A stretch of 64,000 nucleotides of DNA. Origin: an uncultured Nitrososphaerota archaeon. GTDB taxonomy: Archaea > Thermoproteota > Nitrososphaeria > Nitrososphaerales > Nitrosopumilaceae. Position 1 is the stretch's first letter. The number at the start of each line of letters is the position of its first letter. A program made the translations under genes and the position numbers. Shown here in pieces: positions 34,695 through 45,549 of the stretch. The notes under the pieces are model-generated. The model had not been told where the DNA came from, did not search any database, and saw only the letters and a program-made list of their open reading frames with translations. The stretch spans positions 1 through 64,000 of the forward strand of contig CAWGPD010000002.1 in the NCBI GenBank assembly GCA_963824385.1, written 5' to 3'.

Positions 34695-35510
34695 ATGTTA
34701 AAAGTGGCATTCCAAGGTGAACCTGGAGCTTATAGTCAAGCAGCCGCAGTAAGTTTTTTCAAAGAGGCAATTCAGACAATACCATATCCTACATTTTATG
34801 AAGCATTAGATTCTACAGAAAATGGAAGATCAGATTACACTATACTTCCTGTGGAAAATTCACTTGAGGGAAGTGTAGGGGAAAGTTATGATTTGCTACT
34901 TACTACTAAACTTAGAGTAGTAGGTGAAACATATCTTAGGATATCACATTGTCTCATAGGTTTGCAAAATCTGGAAAAAATTGATACGGTGTATTCTCAT
35001 CCACAGGCACTTGGTCAGTGCAGAAAATTCATACAGAGTAATCATTTGAAGCCTATACCAACTTATGATACTGCAGGTAGCGTAAAAATTCTCTTGGAAT
35101 TAAACAAGGACAACATTTCATGCATTGCTAGTAGAAAAGCTGCTGAGATCTATAATGTCCCAATAATAAAAGAAGGAATAGAGGATAATCCAAATAATTA
35201 TACGCGATTTCTCATCTTGGCAAATAATAAAAAAGAAAAAACATCTAAAGACAAGACATCTATAATTTTTTCAATAAAACATATTCCTGGTGCGCTATAC
35301 AATATTCTTGAAAAATTTAATATAAATAAAATCAATCTAACAAAAATCGAATCACGTCCTACAAAGAATACTCCTTGGGAATACAATTTTTATGTAGATT
35401 TTGATGGCCATCAAGATGACAACAGCATTTTAGATACTATTGAGAAGATACGACCAAATACAACATTTCTTAAGATACTTGGCTCATATCCAAGAGCTGA
35501 GTTAATCTAG
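34695..35510 (+). CDS. pheA: Prephenate dehydratase
   Basis: GAYS, PVENSLEG, SHPQALGQC, NYTRF, IESRP. Confidence 0.95.
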   Translation: MLKVAFQGEPGAYSQAAAVSFFKEAIQTIPYPTFYEALDSTENGRSDYTILPVENSLEGSVGESYDLLLTTKLRVVGETYLRISHCLIGLQNLEKIDTVYSHPQALGQCRKFIQSNHLKPIPTYDTAGSVKILLELNKDNISCIASRKAAEIYNVPIIKEGIEDNPNNYTRFLILANNKKEKTSKDKTSIIFSIKHIPGALYNILEKFNINKINLTKIESRPTKNTPWEYNFYVDFDGHQDDNSILDTIEKIRPNTTFLKILGSYPRAELI

Positions 35511-35971
35511 AATCCCTTTGGTCTTCTAATTGAAAACGCCGCACTAATTCCAATTATTAGAACTCCTGAAGATATGACAATAAGATGAGATGTGAATATC
35601 AATGGATTTGAAACGGCTTGTAATTTTCCAGTTACATGGAGTACAGAGCCTCCAGTATTTGTTATATTCATGAAATGTTTTCCATTAGCAAGACTATACC
35701 AGTCAAAGCTAACGGTCTTTGTAAGATCACGATCAACTTGTAAACCATCTTTTGGTGTTTTCAGTGTCACATGAAATGAGTTTCCTGTAACATTTAGAGA
35801 TTCATGATAATGCTGTAGTGCATCAAATGAAAAGATATCACTTTTGCCAATATCTACAACATCATTAACATCTTGTGAGTTACTCATTATACCTTGGATT
35901 AGAAAAAAGGTACCAAGAATAACAGCTACTGAACCTATAGCAATTCCAAATATACTTCTTTTTGAAAGCAT
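35507..35971 (-). CDS. Hypothetical membrane protein
   Basis: N- and C-terminal TM helices flanking a small beta-rich domain. Confidence 0.65.
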   Translation of the reverse strand: MLSKRSIFGIAIGSVAVILGTFFLIQGIMSNSQDVNDVVDIGKSDIFSFDALQHYHESLNVTGNSFHVTLKTPKDGLQVDRDLTKTVSFDWYSLANGKHFMNITNTGGSVLHVTGKLQAVSNPLIFTSHLIVISSGVLIIGISAAFSIRRPKGF

Positions 35972-36008
35972 GATGAAAAAACTAGTTTGTAATTATATTT
36001 AAAGTAAA

Positions 36009-37453
36009 TTACATTAACTCTACATCATGTGGTTGACTTTCTGCATATCCAGCGGTTGACATTTTTATAAATTCTGCATTTTGTTGCATTTGAAGAATAG
36101 TATTTGCACCACAATAACTTAAACCAGAACGTATTCCTCCAGTTAATTGTTTTATTATATCAGTTACACTTCCCTTGTATGGAACCATAGCCTCAACACC
36201 TTCTGCCACATAATCATTAAGATCTTCTACCATTGAAGCATTATTACTGGTTTCTTTACTTTTTCTACCAAGAGCTGCATAAAATGATGCCATTCCTCTG
36301 TAAATTTTGTATCTCTTACCATTTTTCGTCATAAATGAACCAGGACTTTCATCTGTTCCTCCTAACAAGCTTCCAACCATTACAGTAGATGCTCCTGCAG
36401 CAAGTGCTTTTGTTGCATCACCTGATGTCCTTACACCTCCATCAGAAATTATTGGAATATCATATTTTTTTCCAACTTGTGCACAATCTACTACAGCGGT
36501 AAGTTGAGGCACTCCAGAACCAGTGATTACTCTAGTGATACATATAGAACCAGAACCAACTCCTACCTTTACTGCATCTACACCAGTCTTTGATAAGATC
36601 CTCCGTACCTTGAGCGGTTGCAACATTTCCTGCTATTAATTCACAATTTGGGAAAGCTTTCTTTATCAATTGAACTGTATTAATTGCATTTTCACTATGT
36701 CCATGTGCAATATCTACCACTATAACATCAGCACCTGCATCTAGCAATGCTTCCGTTCTTTCTAAGAAATCTCCTTTTACACCTACTGCAGCTCCAACTA
36801 ATGGTCTTCCCTTTTTGTCTTTTGATGCGTGCGGATAATTACCAGCATTGATGATATCTTTACTAGTGATCAGTCCTTTGACATGTCCGCGTTCATCTAA
36901 AAGAGGTAATTTTTCAATGCAATTTTTTCTAAGTATTTCTTTGGCTTCAACTATGGCTATTCCAGATTTTGCTGTAATGACATCACTTGTCATGACCTCA
37001 TCGACTTTTTTACTCTCATCTTTTGTTTCTAGCATCACAATATCTCTTCTTGTCAATATTCCAACAAGTCTGACCTTGATTATCTGTCACTAGCAATCCT
37101 GAAGCTCCTTTTTCGCGCATAGATTCTATAACTTCACGTACTGTTTGTTTAGGATCAATAGTATATGGATTTTCTATTATTATGCTTCCTGAACGTTTTG
37201 TTTTGAGTACCTCGTTAACCTGTTCTGAAATAGTAAGAAATCTATGTATAATTCCAATTCCGCCTTCTCTTGCTATTGCCACTGCCATGGCAGATTCTGT
37301 TACAGTATCCATGTTTGCACTGATTACAGGTATGTTAAGAGAAATATTTCTTGAAAGTTTTGTTTGTAAATTTGTTTGAGATCTGGTAACTATACTTGAT
37401 CGTTTAGGAACAAGGAGTACATCATCAAATGTTAGTCCTTCCCTTATTTCCAA
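36009..37453 (-). CDS. guaB: IMP dehydrogenase (frameshifts at 37069 and 36587)
   Basis: LTFDDVLL, SANMDTV, CBS pair, GSICITR, YRGM, AEGVE. Confidence 0.95.
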
Positions 37454-37483
37454 TGAAACCTTCTTGATTAGAATGAAAATCTG

Positions 37484-38350
37484 TTATAAGCCTTTCTTGA
37501 GATTTTTTAATCTAGTTACGATCTTGATCACATCGCTTGTAGTTTTAACATTATGTGTTCGTAGTATATCAGCACCGTTTAGAGCCGCAAAAGTTTCTGC
37601 TGCAACAGAGCCATAGATTCTCTCTGCAGGATCTGGTTCATCTAATATTTTTCCTATAAATGACTTTCGTGAAATTGAAATAAGAACAGGATATCGTTCT
37701 TTAATTTCATTCAAGTTTCTCAGAACCAAGATATCTCTTTGCAACCAATCAGAATTTATTTTTGTAAACAATACGCCTTGTGCCTTTTGTCTAAAGAAGC
37801 CAATTGCAGGATCTACTACGATCTTGCTCTTTGGAACTCCTGATTTTAATGCCATTGTAACACTTTGATGAATCAATTTTCTTGTTTGTGTAATTGGATT
37901 TCCTTTAATCAGATCATGACTAAATGCACAAACAATAACAGATGGGCGATATTCCTCAAGTACATTAACCATATTTTTATCATATTTTAAACCTGAAACA
38001 TCATTGATTATTTCTGCTCCCAGTTGAAGGGCTACCTTTGCTACCTTTGCCCTACATGTATCAATAGAGATAGGTAACTTTGAGACTTTTTGGATAGATT
38101 CTATGGCGTTTGTAATTCTTTTGATTTCTTGTTCCTCTGACACTAGAGTTTTGATATATGGGGCAGTGGACATTCCTCCAACATCAATAAAATCAGCACC
38201 ATCTTCTTCCATTAATTTTGAAACCTTGCTTATATCTCGCTTATCAGTAAACACTGATTGTTTGTAAAACGATTCTGGACTTGTATTAATAATTCCCATT
38301 ATTCGTATCGGATTAGAACCACCGATTCTTATTCCTGCGAGTTCATGCAT
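37484..38350 (-). CDS. folP: Dihydropteroate synthase
   Basis: MGIINTSPESF, SIDT, NDVSG, DPAIGF, SRKSF, RTHNV. Confidence 0.9.
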   Translation of the reverse strand: MHELAGIRIGGSNPIRIMGIINTSPESFYKQSVFTDKRDISKVSKLMEEDGADFIDVGGMSTAPYIKTLVSEEQEIKRITNAIESIQKVSKLPISIDTCRAKVAKVALQLGAEIINDVSGLKYDKNMVNVLEEYRPSVIVCAFSHDLIKGNPITQTRKLIHQSVTMALKSGVPKSKIVVDPAIGFFRQKAQGVLFTKINSDWLQRDILVLRNLNEIKERYPVLISISRKSFIGKILDEPDPAERIYGSVAAETFAALNGADILRTHNVKTTSDVIKIVTRLKNLKKGL

Positions 38351-38386
38351 ATGGTTTATGATTAACCCAGATACATTTAGACTTAC

Positions 38387-39124
38387 ATGACTTTGAATGG
38401 TTGGCAGAAAAAATATCAAGAAATTTTAAAAGAATTTGATTATGATAGGATAAAGGAGATAAGATCAGCTAATATCCTCAATTCACTTCTAAAGACAAGA
38501 CTTGGGTTAAACAAACTAGAAAAAAAAATTAAAAACAAAACTGTTTTTGTTATTGGAGCAGGACCATCTCTCGAATCCTCTTTACCATATATAAAAAAAT
38601 TTAAAGATTTTACAAAGATTGTAGCTGATGGTGTTACACAGGCCCTGATTGAAAACAAGATAACGCCAGACATTGTAGTAACTGATCTTGATGGAAATAT
38701 AGAATATCTCAAAAAATCATCAGGACTAAAATCAATAATGATTGTACATGCGCATGGAGATAACATAAACAGACTTCCATATGCAATTTCATTCAAATAT
38801 AGTATAGGAACAACAGAAGACAAACCATTTGGAAAAATTAGGAATTTTGGAGGATTCACAGATGGCGATAGATGTGTATTTCTTGCCGATCACTTTGGAG
38901 CATCAAAAATCATCCTAATTGGAATGGATTTTGGAACTCGTATAGGAAAATATTCCAAAGTAGGAAAGTACAACAAATCTTTAAAACGAAAAAAGTTAGA
39001 GAAGGGAAAATCACTTTTAGAGTGGTTAGCCACAAAAAGCAATTCAGATCTTTATACTACATCCCAATCAATAATAGGATTCAAAAATATAAAATTAGAA
39101 GACCTTCAAAGGTTAGTCAGATAA
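38387..39124 (+). CDS. mptE: 6-hydroxymethyl-7,8-dihydropterin pyrophosphokinase, MptE type
   Basis: GAGPS, VTDLDG, HAHGDN, NFGGFTDGDR; divergent from folP. Confidence 0.9.
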   Translation: MTLNGWQKKYQEILKEFDYDRIKEIRSANILNSLLKTRLGLNKLEKKIKNKTVFVIGAGPSLESSLPYIKKFKDFTKIVADGVTQALIENKITPDIVVTDLDGNIEYLKKSSGLKSIMIVHAHGDNINRLPYAISFKYSIGTTEDKPFGKIRNFGGFTDGDRCVFLADHFGASKIILIGMDFGTRIGKYSKVGKYNKSLKRKKLEKGKSLLEWLATKSNSDLYTTSQSIIGFKNIKLEDLQRLVR

Positions 39125-39170
39125 CAGAGTCTGTTTTAATATTTATTATCCATTCAACAATAGAAAAAAC

Positions 39171-39728
39171 ATGGATAATTCAGAAGAAAACATACGTGAA
39201 ATTTTAGAGTTAAGAGAATGGATCTCTGAAGAAATTGAAAAAAGAGAAAGAGAGATAGACAAATTTCAACAGAGTCTTCGCATTCTTGATTCTATGGTTA
39301 AGCAATCAAGTTTTAGTAAAGCATCCTCTCTTGTATCATCTAATAAACAGAACAATCAATCAGATCAACAAACATCTTCTGTAATACCCATTAAAACACC
39401 AGACAGTAAAATTCTGGCAAATGCACATGTAACTTCCGATGAACTAGTAATCATTCCATTAGAAAATATCATGTTAGATGTAGAAACACATCCATTCAAG
39501 TCATTTTTTCTTGGAAGAATAATAGGAGGAATGGAAAGTCAGGATAGGTTAGATGTCCAAAATGGTAAGATTTCCCAAAATGCTGCAATATCATGTTTAG
39601 TAAATAAAGATGGCAATAGAATTAAAGAAATTCTTATCAAGAATTATCGTCAAAAGGAAAGAGTAACCGAGATAATAAATACGGTAACATGGTCATTTTC
39701 CAGAATGATAGAAAATTCTCAAAAGTGA
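39171..39728 (+). CDS. Hypothetical protein with N-terminal coiled coil
   Basis: 185-aa ORF co-oriented upstream of guaA. Confidence 0.65.
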   Translation: MDNSEENIREILELREWISEEIEKREREIDKFQQSLRILDSMVKQSSFSKASSLVSSNKQNNQSDQQTSSVIPIKTPDSKILANAHVTSDELVIIPLENIMLDVETHPFKSFFLGRIIGGMESQDRLDVQNGKISQNAAISCLVNKDGNRIKEILIKNYRQKERVTEIINTVTWSFSRMIENSQK

Positions 39729-39732
39729 TATC

Positions 39733-41256
39733 ATGGATAAAATAATAGTATTAGATTTTGGTTCGCAGTATAGTCATCTTATTTGTAGAAGAATTAGAGA
39801 ATTTTCAGTATATTCCGAACTTGTTCCATACAACATATCACCTGAAGAACTAAGAAAGATGAATCCAAAAGGGATCGTATTCAGTGGAGGACCTGCAAGT
39901 GTATACAACAAGGATTCACCTCAACCAACAAATGGAATATTTGAGATAGGACTTCCAGTTCTTGGAATATGTTATGGTCATCAATTAATTGTTAACAAAT
40001 TTGGTGGCAAGGTTAAGAGTTCTCACAAGGAATATGGTTCATCATTACTTAGCATAGATAATGATTCAGATCTACTTTCTGAGATGGGTCAATCAACAAG
40101 AGCTTGGATGAGTCATGGTGATGCTGCCGAAACTCTACCTGAAGGATTTGAAGTAATAGGACATACTGAAAATTCTTTTGCAGCTGCAATTGCTAATAAA
40201 CAAAAGAAGGTATATGGTATTCAGTTTCATCCAGAAGTAGTTCATACTGAAAATGGAGTTCAAGTACTGAAGAATTTTGTTTTAAACATATGCAAAGCAA
40301 AACAAGATTGGACTTTGGAGAATTTCATAGAAACAACAGTATCAGAAATTTCTAAAATTGACGGTAATGTACTATGTGGAATAAGTGGAGGTATTGATTC
40401 TACAGTAGCAGCATTATTAATTCAAAAAGTTATAGGAAATAGACTCGAATGTGTTTTTGTAGATAATGGTCTTTTGCGACTAGACGAAGAAGTAGAAGTT
40501 GAAAACATGTTTGAAAATAATTTTGGTATGAATTTTACAGTAATAAATGCCAAACAAAGATTTCTTTCCAGATTCAAAGGAGTAACTGATCCGGAACAGA
40601 AACGAATGATTGTAGGAGAAGAATTTGTTAAGGTATTTACAGAGTTTGCTGAAAAGCACGGTCCCTTCAAATGGTTAGCTCAAGGTACACTTTATCCAGA
40701 TGTAATAGAAAGCGGAATTTCCAAGGGCCCAGCAGCAGTAATTAAGACTCATCACAATGTTGGAGGATTGCCATCATGGTTAAACTTGAAAGTCTTGGAG
40801 CCTCTGAGATTTCTTTACAAGGATGAAGTAAGAAAAGTTGGCAAAATTTTAGGAGTACCAGATAATCTTCTTAATCGTCATCCATTTCCAGGACCTGGTC
40901 TTGCTGTAAGAGTAATGGGCGAATTGACCCCAGAAAAATTGCAGATCTGCAAACATGCAAGTAAGATTGTTGAAGACGAACTTGCCTCTTCATCATGGTA
41001 TGATAAAGTTTGGCAAGCTTATGCAGCAGTAGGAGATGATAGAGCAGTAGGAGTAGTTGGAGATGAAAGAAAGTATGGGCATGTTGTTCTTGTCAGAGTA
41101 GTAGATTCTATTGATGCAATGACTGCAGATTGGACAAGATTACCTTCGGATGTACTTGAAAGAATTAGTAATAGAATTACAAATGAAGTTGAAGATGTGG
41201 CTTGGGTAAGCTATGTAATTTCAAGTAAACCACCTGCTACTATAGAACCTCAATAA
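39733..41256 (+). CDS. guaA: GMP synthase (glutamine-hydrolysing)
   Basis: DFGSQY, GICYG, SGGIDS, KTHHN, HPFPGPG, KPPATIE. Confidence 0.97.
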   Translation: MDKIIVLDFGSQYSHLICRRIREFSVYSELVPYNISPEELRKMNPKGIVFSGGPASVYNKDSPQPTNGIFEIGLPVLGICYGHQLIVNKFGGKVKSSHKEYGSSLLSIDNDSDLLSEMGQSTRAWMSHGDAAETLPEGFEVIGHTENSFAAAIANKQKKVYGIQFHPEVVHTENGVQVLKNFVLNICKAKQDWTLENFIETTVSEISKIDGNVLCGISGGIDSTVAALLIQKVIGNRLECVFVDNGLLRLDEEVEVENMFENNFGMNFTVINAKQRFLSRFKGVTDPEQKRMIVGEEFVKVFTEFAEKHGPFKWLAQGTLYPDVIESGISKGPAAVIKTHHNVGGLPSWLNLKVLEPLRFLYKDEVRKVGKILGVPDNLLNRHPFPGPGLAVRVMGELTPEKLQICKHASKIVEDELASSSWYDKVWQAYAAVGDDRAVGVVGDERKYGHVVLVRVVDSIDAMTADWTRLPSDVLERISNRITNEVEDVAWVSYVISSKPPATIEPQ

Positions 41257-41266
41257 AAATAGTCTA

Positions 41267-41277
41267 CCCCCCCCCCC
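41267..41277. repeat. C11 homopolymer in convergent intergenic gap
   Basis: 11 consecutive C in an AT-rich window. Confidence 0.8.
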
Positions 41278-41330
41278 TCGTATACGTAAAAATCCGCTGT
41301 CTGTCGTAAAAGTTATGGTTTAGAAAATAA

Positions 41331-42725
41331 CTAAGGTTGTACGTTTATCACAGCATTGGGTGGATTGCCTTCCCGAACTACTGTAACACTTACTGTACTA
41401 CTGTCTGAACCATATTCGTTGGTTACTGTGAGTTTGAACTCTACTACTTTTTGTTGGTTATAGTCAACAATTGGTGAGTAGAATGCTGGTTGAGCAGTAT
41501 CACTTAATATCAAAGTAACTGGTGTGCCGCTAATTTGCTGCCACTGGTATTTTAGATCAACACCTGTGCTTGCAGTTCCATCCAATACAACTCTGCTATT
41601 TGGATCAACAGTTTGAGCTGTACCTGCATTAGCTACTGGTGGCTGTCCTGGTGCTGGCATGTTACTTACGTTTACAGTAACAGAGCAGGATGGAATATCA
41701 ACAAGATTATCGGTAACATCTAGTGTAAATTGAAGTGTACCACTTGCACCATTTGGTGTTGGAGATACAAATGATGGACTCATGTCACTATTAGATGATA
41801 ATTGTACTGGTTGTCCAGAAACCTGTCTCCAGAAATATGATATTGTATCACCACTTGGATTTACAACTGATACTGGTAGTGTAACTAATGAGTTTGCATT
41901 AACTGAAGCGTCTTGACATGTGACAGTTGGATCTTGGTGAGTACTCTGGACAGTAACTTGTGTCATAGCAGATGCTTTACCTCCATGTCCATCATCTGCA
42001 CTAAATACGAACATCAAAACTACAGATTGACCAGGTGGTACTGCTGGTGCAGTAAACGATGTATCAGCAGTATCAATAGATGATAATTGTACACTTGGAC
42101 CAGAATATTGACCCCATGAAAGTGTTAATGGGTTATTGTCTGCATCTGTTGCTGTACCTGTGAGAGAGACTTGAGTTCCTTCATCAACAACTTGATCAGG
42201 ATTTACTTGAACAACTGGAGGATTATTTACGTGTAAAACTATAACATTGAATGTTGTTGTATCTTTTAACCCATATCCATCATCTACAGTTAAGGTTAAT
42301 GTCAATGACTTGACTTGATTTACAGGCACTGAAGGAGCTATGAAAGATATAACTGGAGCATTAGAACTTGGAGAAAAGGATACTGTGTCACCTGAAGTTT
42401 GTCCCCATTGATAGGATAATGTCTTGCCCTCATCAGGAGTTGTCGATTTTAGACCTGAAAGTGTTACTTTGGTATTTTCATTTACTACAATGCTATTTGC
42501 TAATGCGCCTTGTAAGTAATACTGGCCAAGAGTACCGGATCTAGCAACATTTGCGGTATAGAAATTAGTACAGTAGATATTACTAGAACCTTGGAATTGT
42601 TGAATGCATTGTTGAAGGGCTAGTCCTGCAGCATCACTGGTACTAGTTTGAGCATATGCGGACATTGGTAATACAGAAGAGAAAATCATGATAGCTAGAA
42701 TTGGTATAAAAAATTTGTAATTCAA
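41331..42725 (-). CDS. Secreted protein with four PKD/REJ-like Ig-fold repeats
   Basis: Signal peptide ending SAYA; repeats W.Q.SG..V.L...F.AP; PPVANAG; start probably TTG 42725 (ORF extends to 42770). Confidence 0.8.
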   Translation of the reverse strand: MNYKFFIPILAIMIFSSVLPMSAYAQTSTSDAAGLALQQCIQQFQGSSNIYCTNFYTANVARSGTLGQYYLQGALANSIVVNENTKVTLSGLKSTTPDEGKTLSYQWGQTSGDTVSFSPSSNAPVISFIAPSVPVNQVKSLTLTLTVDDGYGLKDTTTFNVIVLHVNNPPVVQVNPDQVVDEGTQVSLTGTATDADNNPLTLSWGQYSGPSVQLSSIDTADTSFTAPAVPPGQSVVLMFVFSADDGHGGKASAMTQVTVQSTHQDPTVTCQDASVNANSLVTLPVSVVNPSGDTISYFWRQVSGQPVQLSSNSDMSPSFVSPTPNGASGTLQFTLDVTDNLVDIPSCSVTVNVSNMPAPGQPPVANAGTAQTVDPNSRVVLDGTASTGVDLKYQWQQISGTPVTLILSDTAQPAFYSPIVDYNQQKVVEFKLTVTNEYGSDSSTVSVTVVREGNPPNAVINVQP

Positions 42726-42856
42726 CTTGTAGAATCTAAATTTTAGATTATTAAAAAACCTTTCTCTCAATTTAGGACATTACAAGGATCAATTTTTTGA
42801 TCTAAAAACACTGTAAGAGATGTCAATTTCATCAATTTTATACCATAATTGAAGAC

Positions 42857-43870
42857 TCATTGGATATTATCCTCAACAAATGATAAAACTTCATCCATTG
42901 TTGGGGGAATTCCAAGAGAATTACTGACATATAATGAGGCAGTGGCATTTGCAAATCCAAGTCTTTCCAGAGGATTTAGGTTAACAAGATAACCTAGTAG
43001 ATTTGCAGCATCCCAGACATCCCCAGCTCCAGTTACAAACTTTGGTTGTACCTGAAAAGATTTAACAAATTCAACCTCCTTTCCGTTTGACCAATAGGAT
43101 CCTGTAGAGGTATGAAGATCCATGGATATAGAAAATCTCTTGGCTAATTCAAGTACCAGTTTTCTGGTTTCATTTTCCCCAGAAATCACGTCTAATCCCA
43201 ACTGTGTGAGAAGAATATTACATTCATTTTCATTAATACATAAAGAATCCAAATGATCTGCAAGTTTGGTTAATGCATCTTTGAATTCTTTGGGTCTTGT
43301 CTGTATATCAGCAGGATCCAAGAAATGAAATGCGGATGAAGATTGTGAAAAGGCGAATTGTGAAAGTTCAGTTCCCTTTTTGTTACTTGCCCAGTTTGTT
43401 ACAATTACAGCATCTGCATTTTTTATCGCATTTTGCTCTTTCATTCCAAGTTTTTCAGGTCCAAAATTTTCATTATCACCTAAATCAGAGATCATTACGT
43501 TTACAATGTTTCCTGCATTGTTAAATTCTAGAGATGTTGTTCTACCTGGTCTTCCATCAATTATAAAAAGTGAGATATTATCAAATTCAGAAAAAGTTTC
43601 TTCAAGTATATGGGAACAAGTTTTATCTGCAATTGTAATTAATGATACTGGACAACCAAGTCTTGCAAGCGCATAAGCAACATTTGTTGCATTTCCACCC
43701 TTCAGATCTGTTTGCGAAATTCCTCGAATACTTCCACCCAGTTTACTTTTTTGTAAAATTTGAGTGTAAAGTTCATCCAAGTTTTGGATCCTGATGATAC
43801 GATCTAGAAAAAAATCATTTAAAACAACAACTGAGTTGGCTAGTTTTAGATTTTGTAGCTTTTCTAACAT
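42857..43870 (-). CDS. PfkB family carbohydrate kinase
   Basis: GGNATN, NENE, TGAGD. Confidence 0.88.
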   Translation of the reverse strand: MLEKLQNLKLANSVVVLNDFFLDRIIRIQNLDELYTQILQKSKLGGSIRGISQTDLKGGNATNVAYALARLGCPVSLITIADKTCSHILEETFSEFDNISLFIIDGRPGRTTSLEFNNAGNIVNVMISDLGDNENFGPEKLGMKEQNAIKNADAVIVTNWASNKKGTELSQFAFSQSSSAFHFLDPADIQTRPKEFKDALTKLADHLDSLCINENECNILLTQLGLDVISGENETRKLVLELAKRFSISMDLHTSTGSYWSNGKEVEFVKSFQVQPKFVTGAGDVWDAANLLGYLVNLNPLERLGFANATASLYVSNSLGIPPTMDEVLSFVEDNIQ

Positions 43871-43878
43871 GAAACGGC

Positions 43879-45504
43879 TTAGCCCATTGAAGGACCTCTT
43901 CCGCCGCCACCTCGGCCGCCGGATGAGGCAATAACATCATCTATTCTAAGTATCATACATGCAGCTTCAGTTGCAGATTTTATTATCTGCTCTTTTACTG
44001 CAACAGGCTCAATAATATCGATAGAAAACATATCTGCAACTCGAGTGTTTCTTGCATCAATACCAGTCCATTTCCTTCCTTGGCTGTGTTTTGCACGAAG
44101 TGTAACCATAGTATTGATTGGATCCATTCCAGCGTTTTCAGCAATTGTAAGTGGAATTATTTCAAGAGCTTCAGCGTATTTTTTGATTGCAAGTTGTTCT
44201 CTTCCTTCGAATCTATCAGCCCATTCCTTTAGATGAGAAGCCAAGTATTCTTCGGGGGCTCCACCTCCAGCTACAACACTGGCTTTTCTATTACATCTTT
44301 TACAACCATAAGTGAGTCATGCATTGATCTATCAACCTCATCAACTACTCTTTGTGATCCTCCCCTAAGTAATAATGTGATAGCTTTTGGATTCTTGCAA
44401 CCTTCAATGAAGACCCATTTGTCTGTCTCCACTTTTCTTTGTTCAACAAGTTCTGCTGCACCCAAGTCCTTTGGAATCATATCATCAATATTACTACTGA
44501 TTCTGCCTCCAGTTGCCTTGGCAAGCTTTGTCATATCACTTTCTTTTACTCTTCTGACTGAAAGTATGCCTTGTTTAGCTAGATAATGTTGTGCAATGTC
44601 ATCTATGCCTTTTTGACAAATCAATACATTTGCACCAATTTGATGAATCTTGTCTACCATAGATTTTAGCATTCTATTTTCCTCTTCAAGAAACATCTGC
44701 ATCTGAGTAGGATCGCTAATTCTAATTTCTGCACTCATCTCAGTTTTTTCTATTTCTAGAGCTGAATTTAGTAATGCAATTTTTGCCTTTTCTATTTTAG
44801 TTGGCATTCCACTATGAACAACTTCTTTGTCAAGTACTATGCCTTTGATAAACTGAGTATTTCTAATAGAGCCGCCTGCTTTCTTTTCGACTTTAATATT
44901 ATCTAAATCTACTCTGTGTCCATCTGCTTCTTTTTCTACAATTTGTAGAATTGAATCTACCACGAGTTTGGATAGCATATCACTATCTTCTGAGATCAGT
45001 TTTGACTGCATGCTAGTTTTTGCAATTTTAAGTAGGATTTCTTTTTCATTTGGACTTACTTGCTTTGCCATTTCTGTAAGAAGTAAGAGTGCTTTTTCTG
45101 CTGCTGCTTGGTAGCCTTCAATAATTACGGTAGCATGAACGTCCTTTTCTAAAAGCTCTTCAGCTTTTGCTAAAAGAGCACCAGCAAATACTACAGACGA
45201 TGTGGTTCCATCGCCTACTTCATTATCAACAGTTTTTGAAATTTCAACCATCATTTTTGCAGCTGGATGTTGTACGTCAATTTCTTTTAGAATTGTAGCA
45301 CCATCGTTTGTAATTGTAACATCACCTAAGGAATCAACAAGCATTTTATCCATTCCTCGTGGGCCAAGACTAGTTCTTACAAGTTCTGCAACTAGTCTTT
45401 GATGCGGCAATGTTGTTCTTTTGTGCATCTCTACCCTTTTGTTGTAATGCACTTTCTTTTAGTACTAAAACAGGTCCTTGTGGTGTTTGTTGAATAGATG
45501 CCAA
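43879..45504 (-). CDS. Thermosome (group II chaperonin) subunit (frameshifts near 45396 and 44278)
   Basis: [29 protein letters not shown]. Confidence 0.95.
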
Positions 45505-45549
45505 AATTAATTCTCTTAGTTCGTGTAATTAGTTGCCCCTTTTAATACC

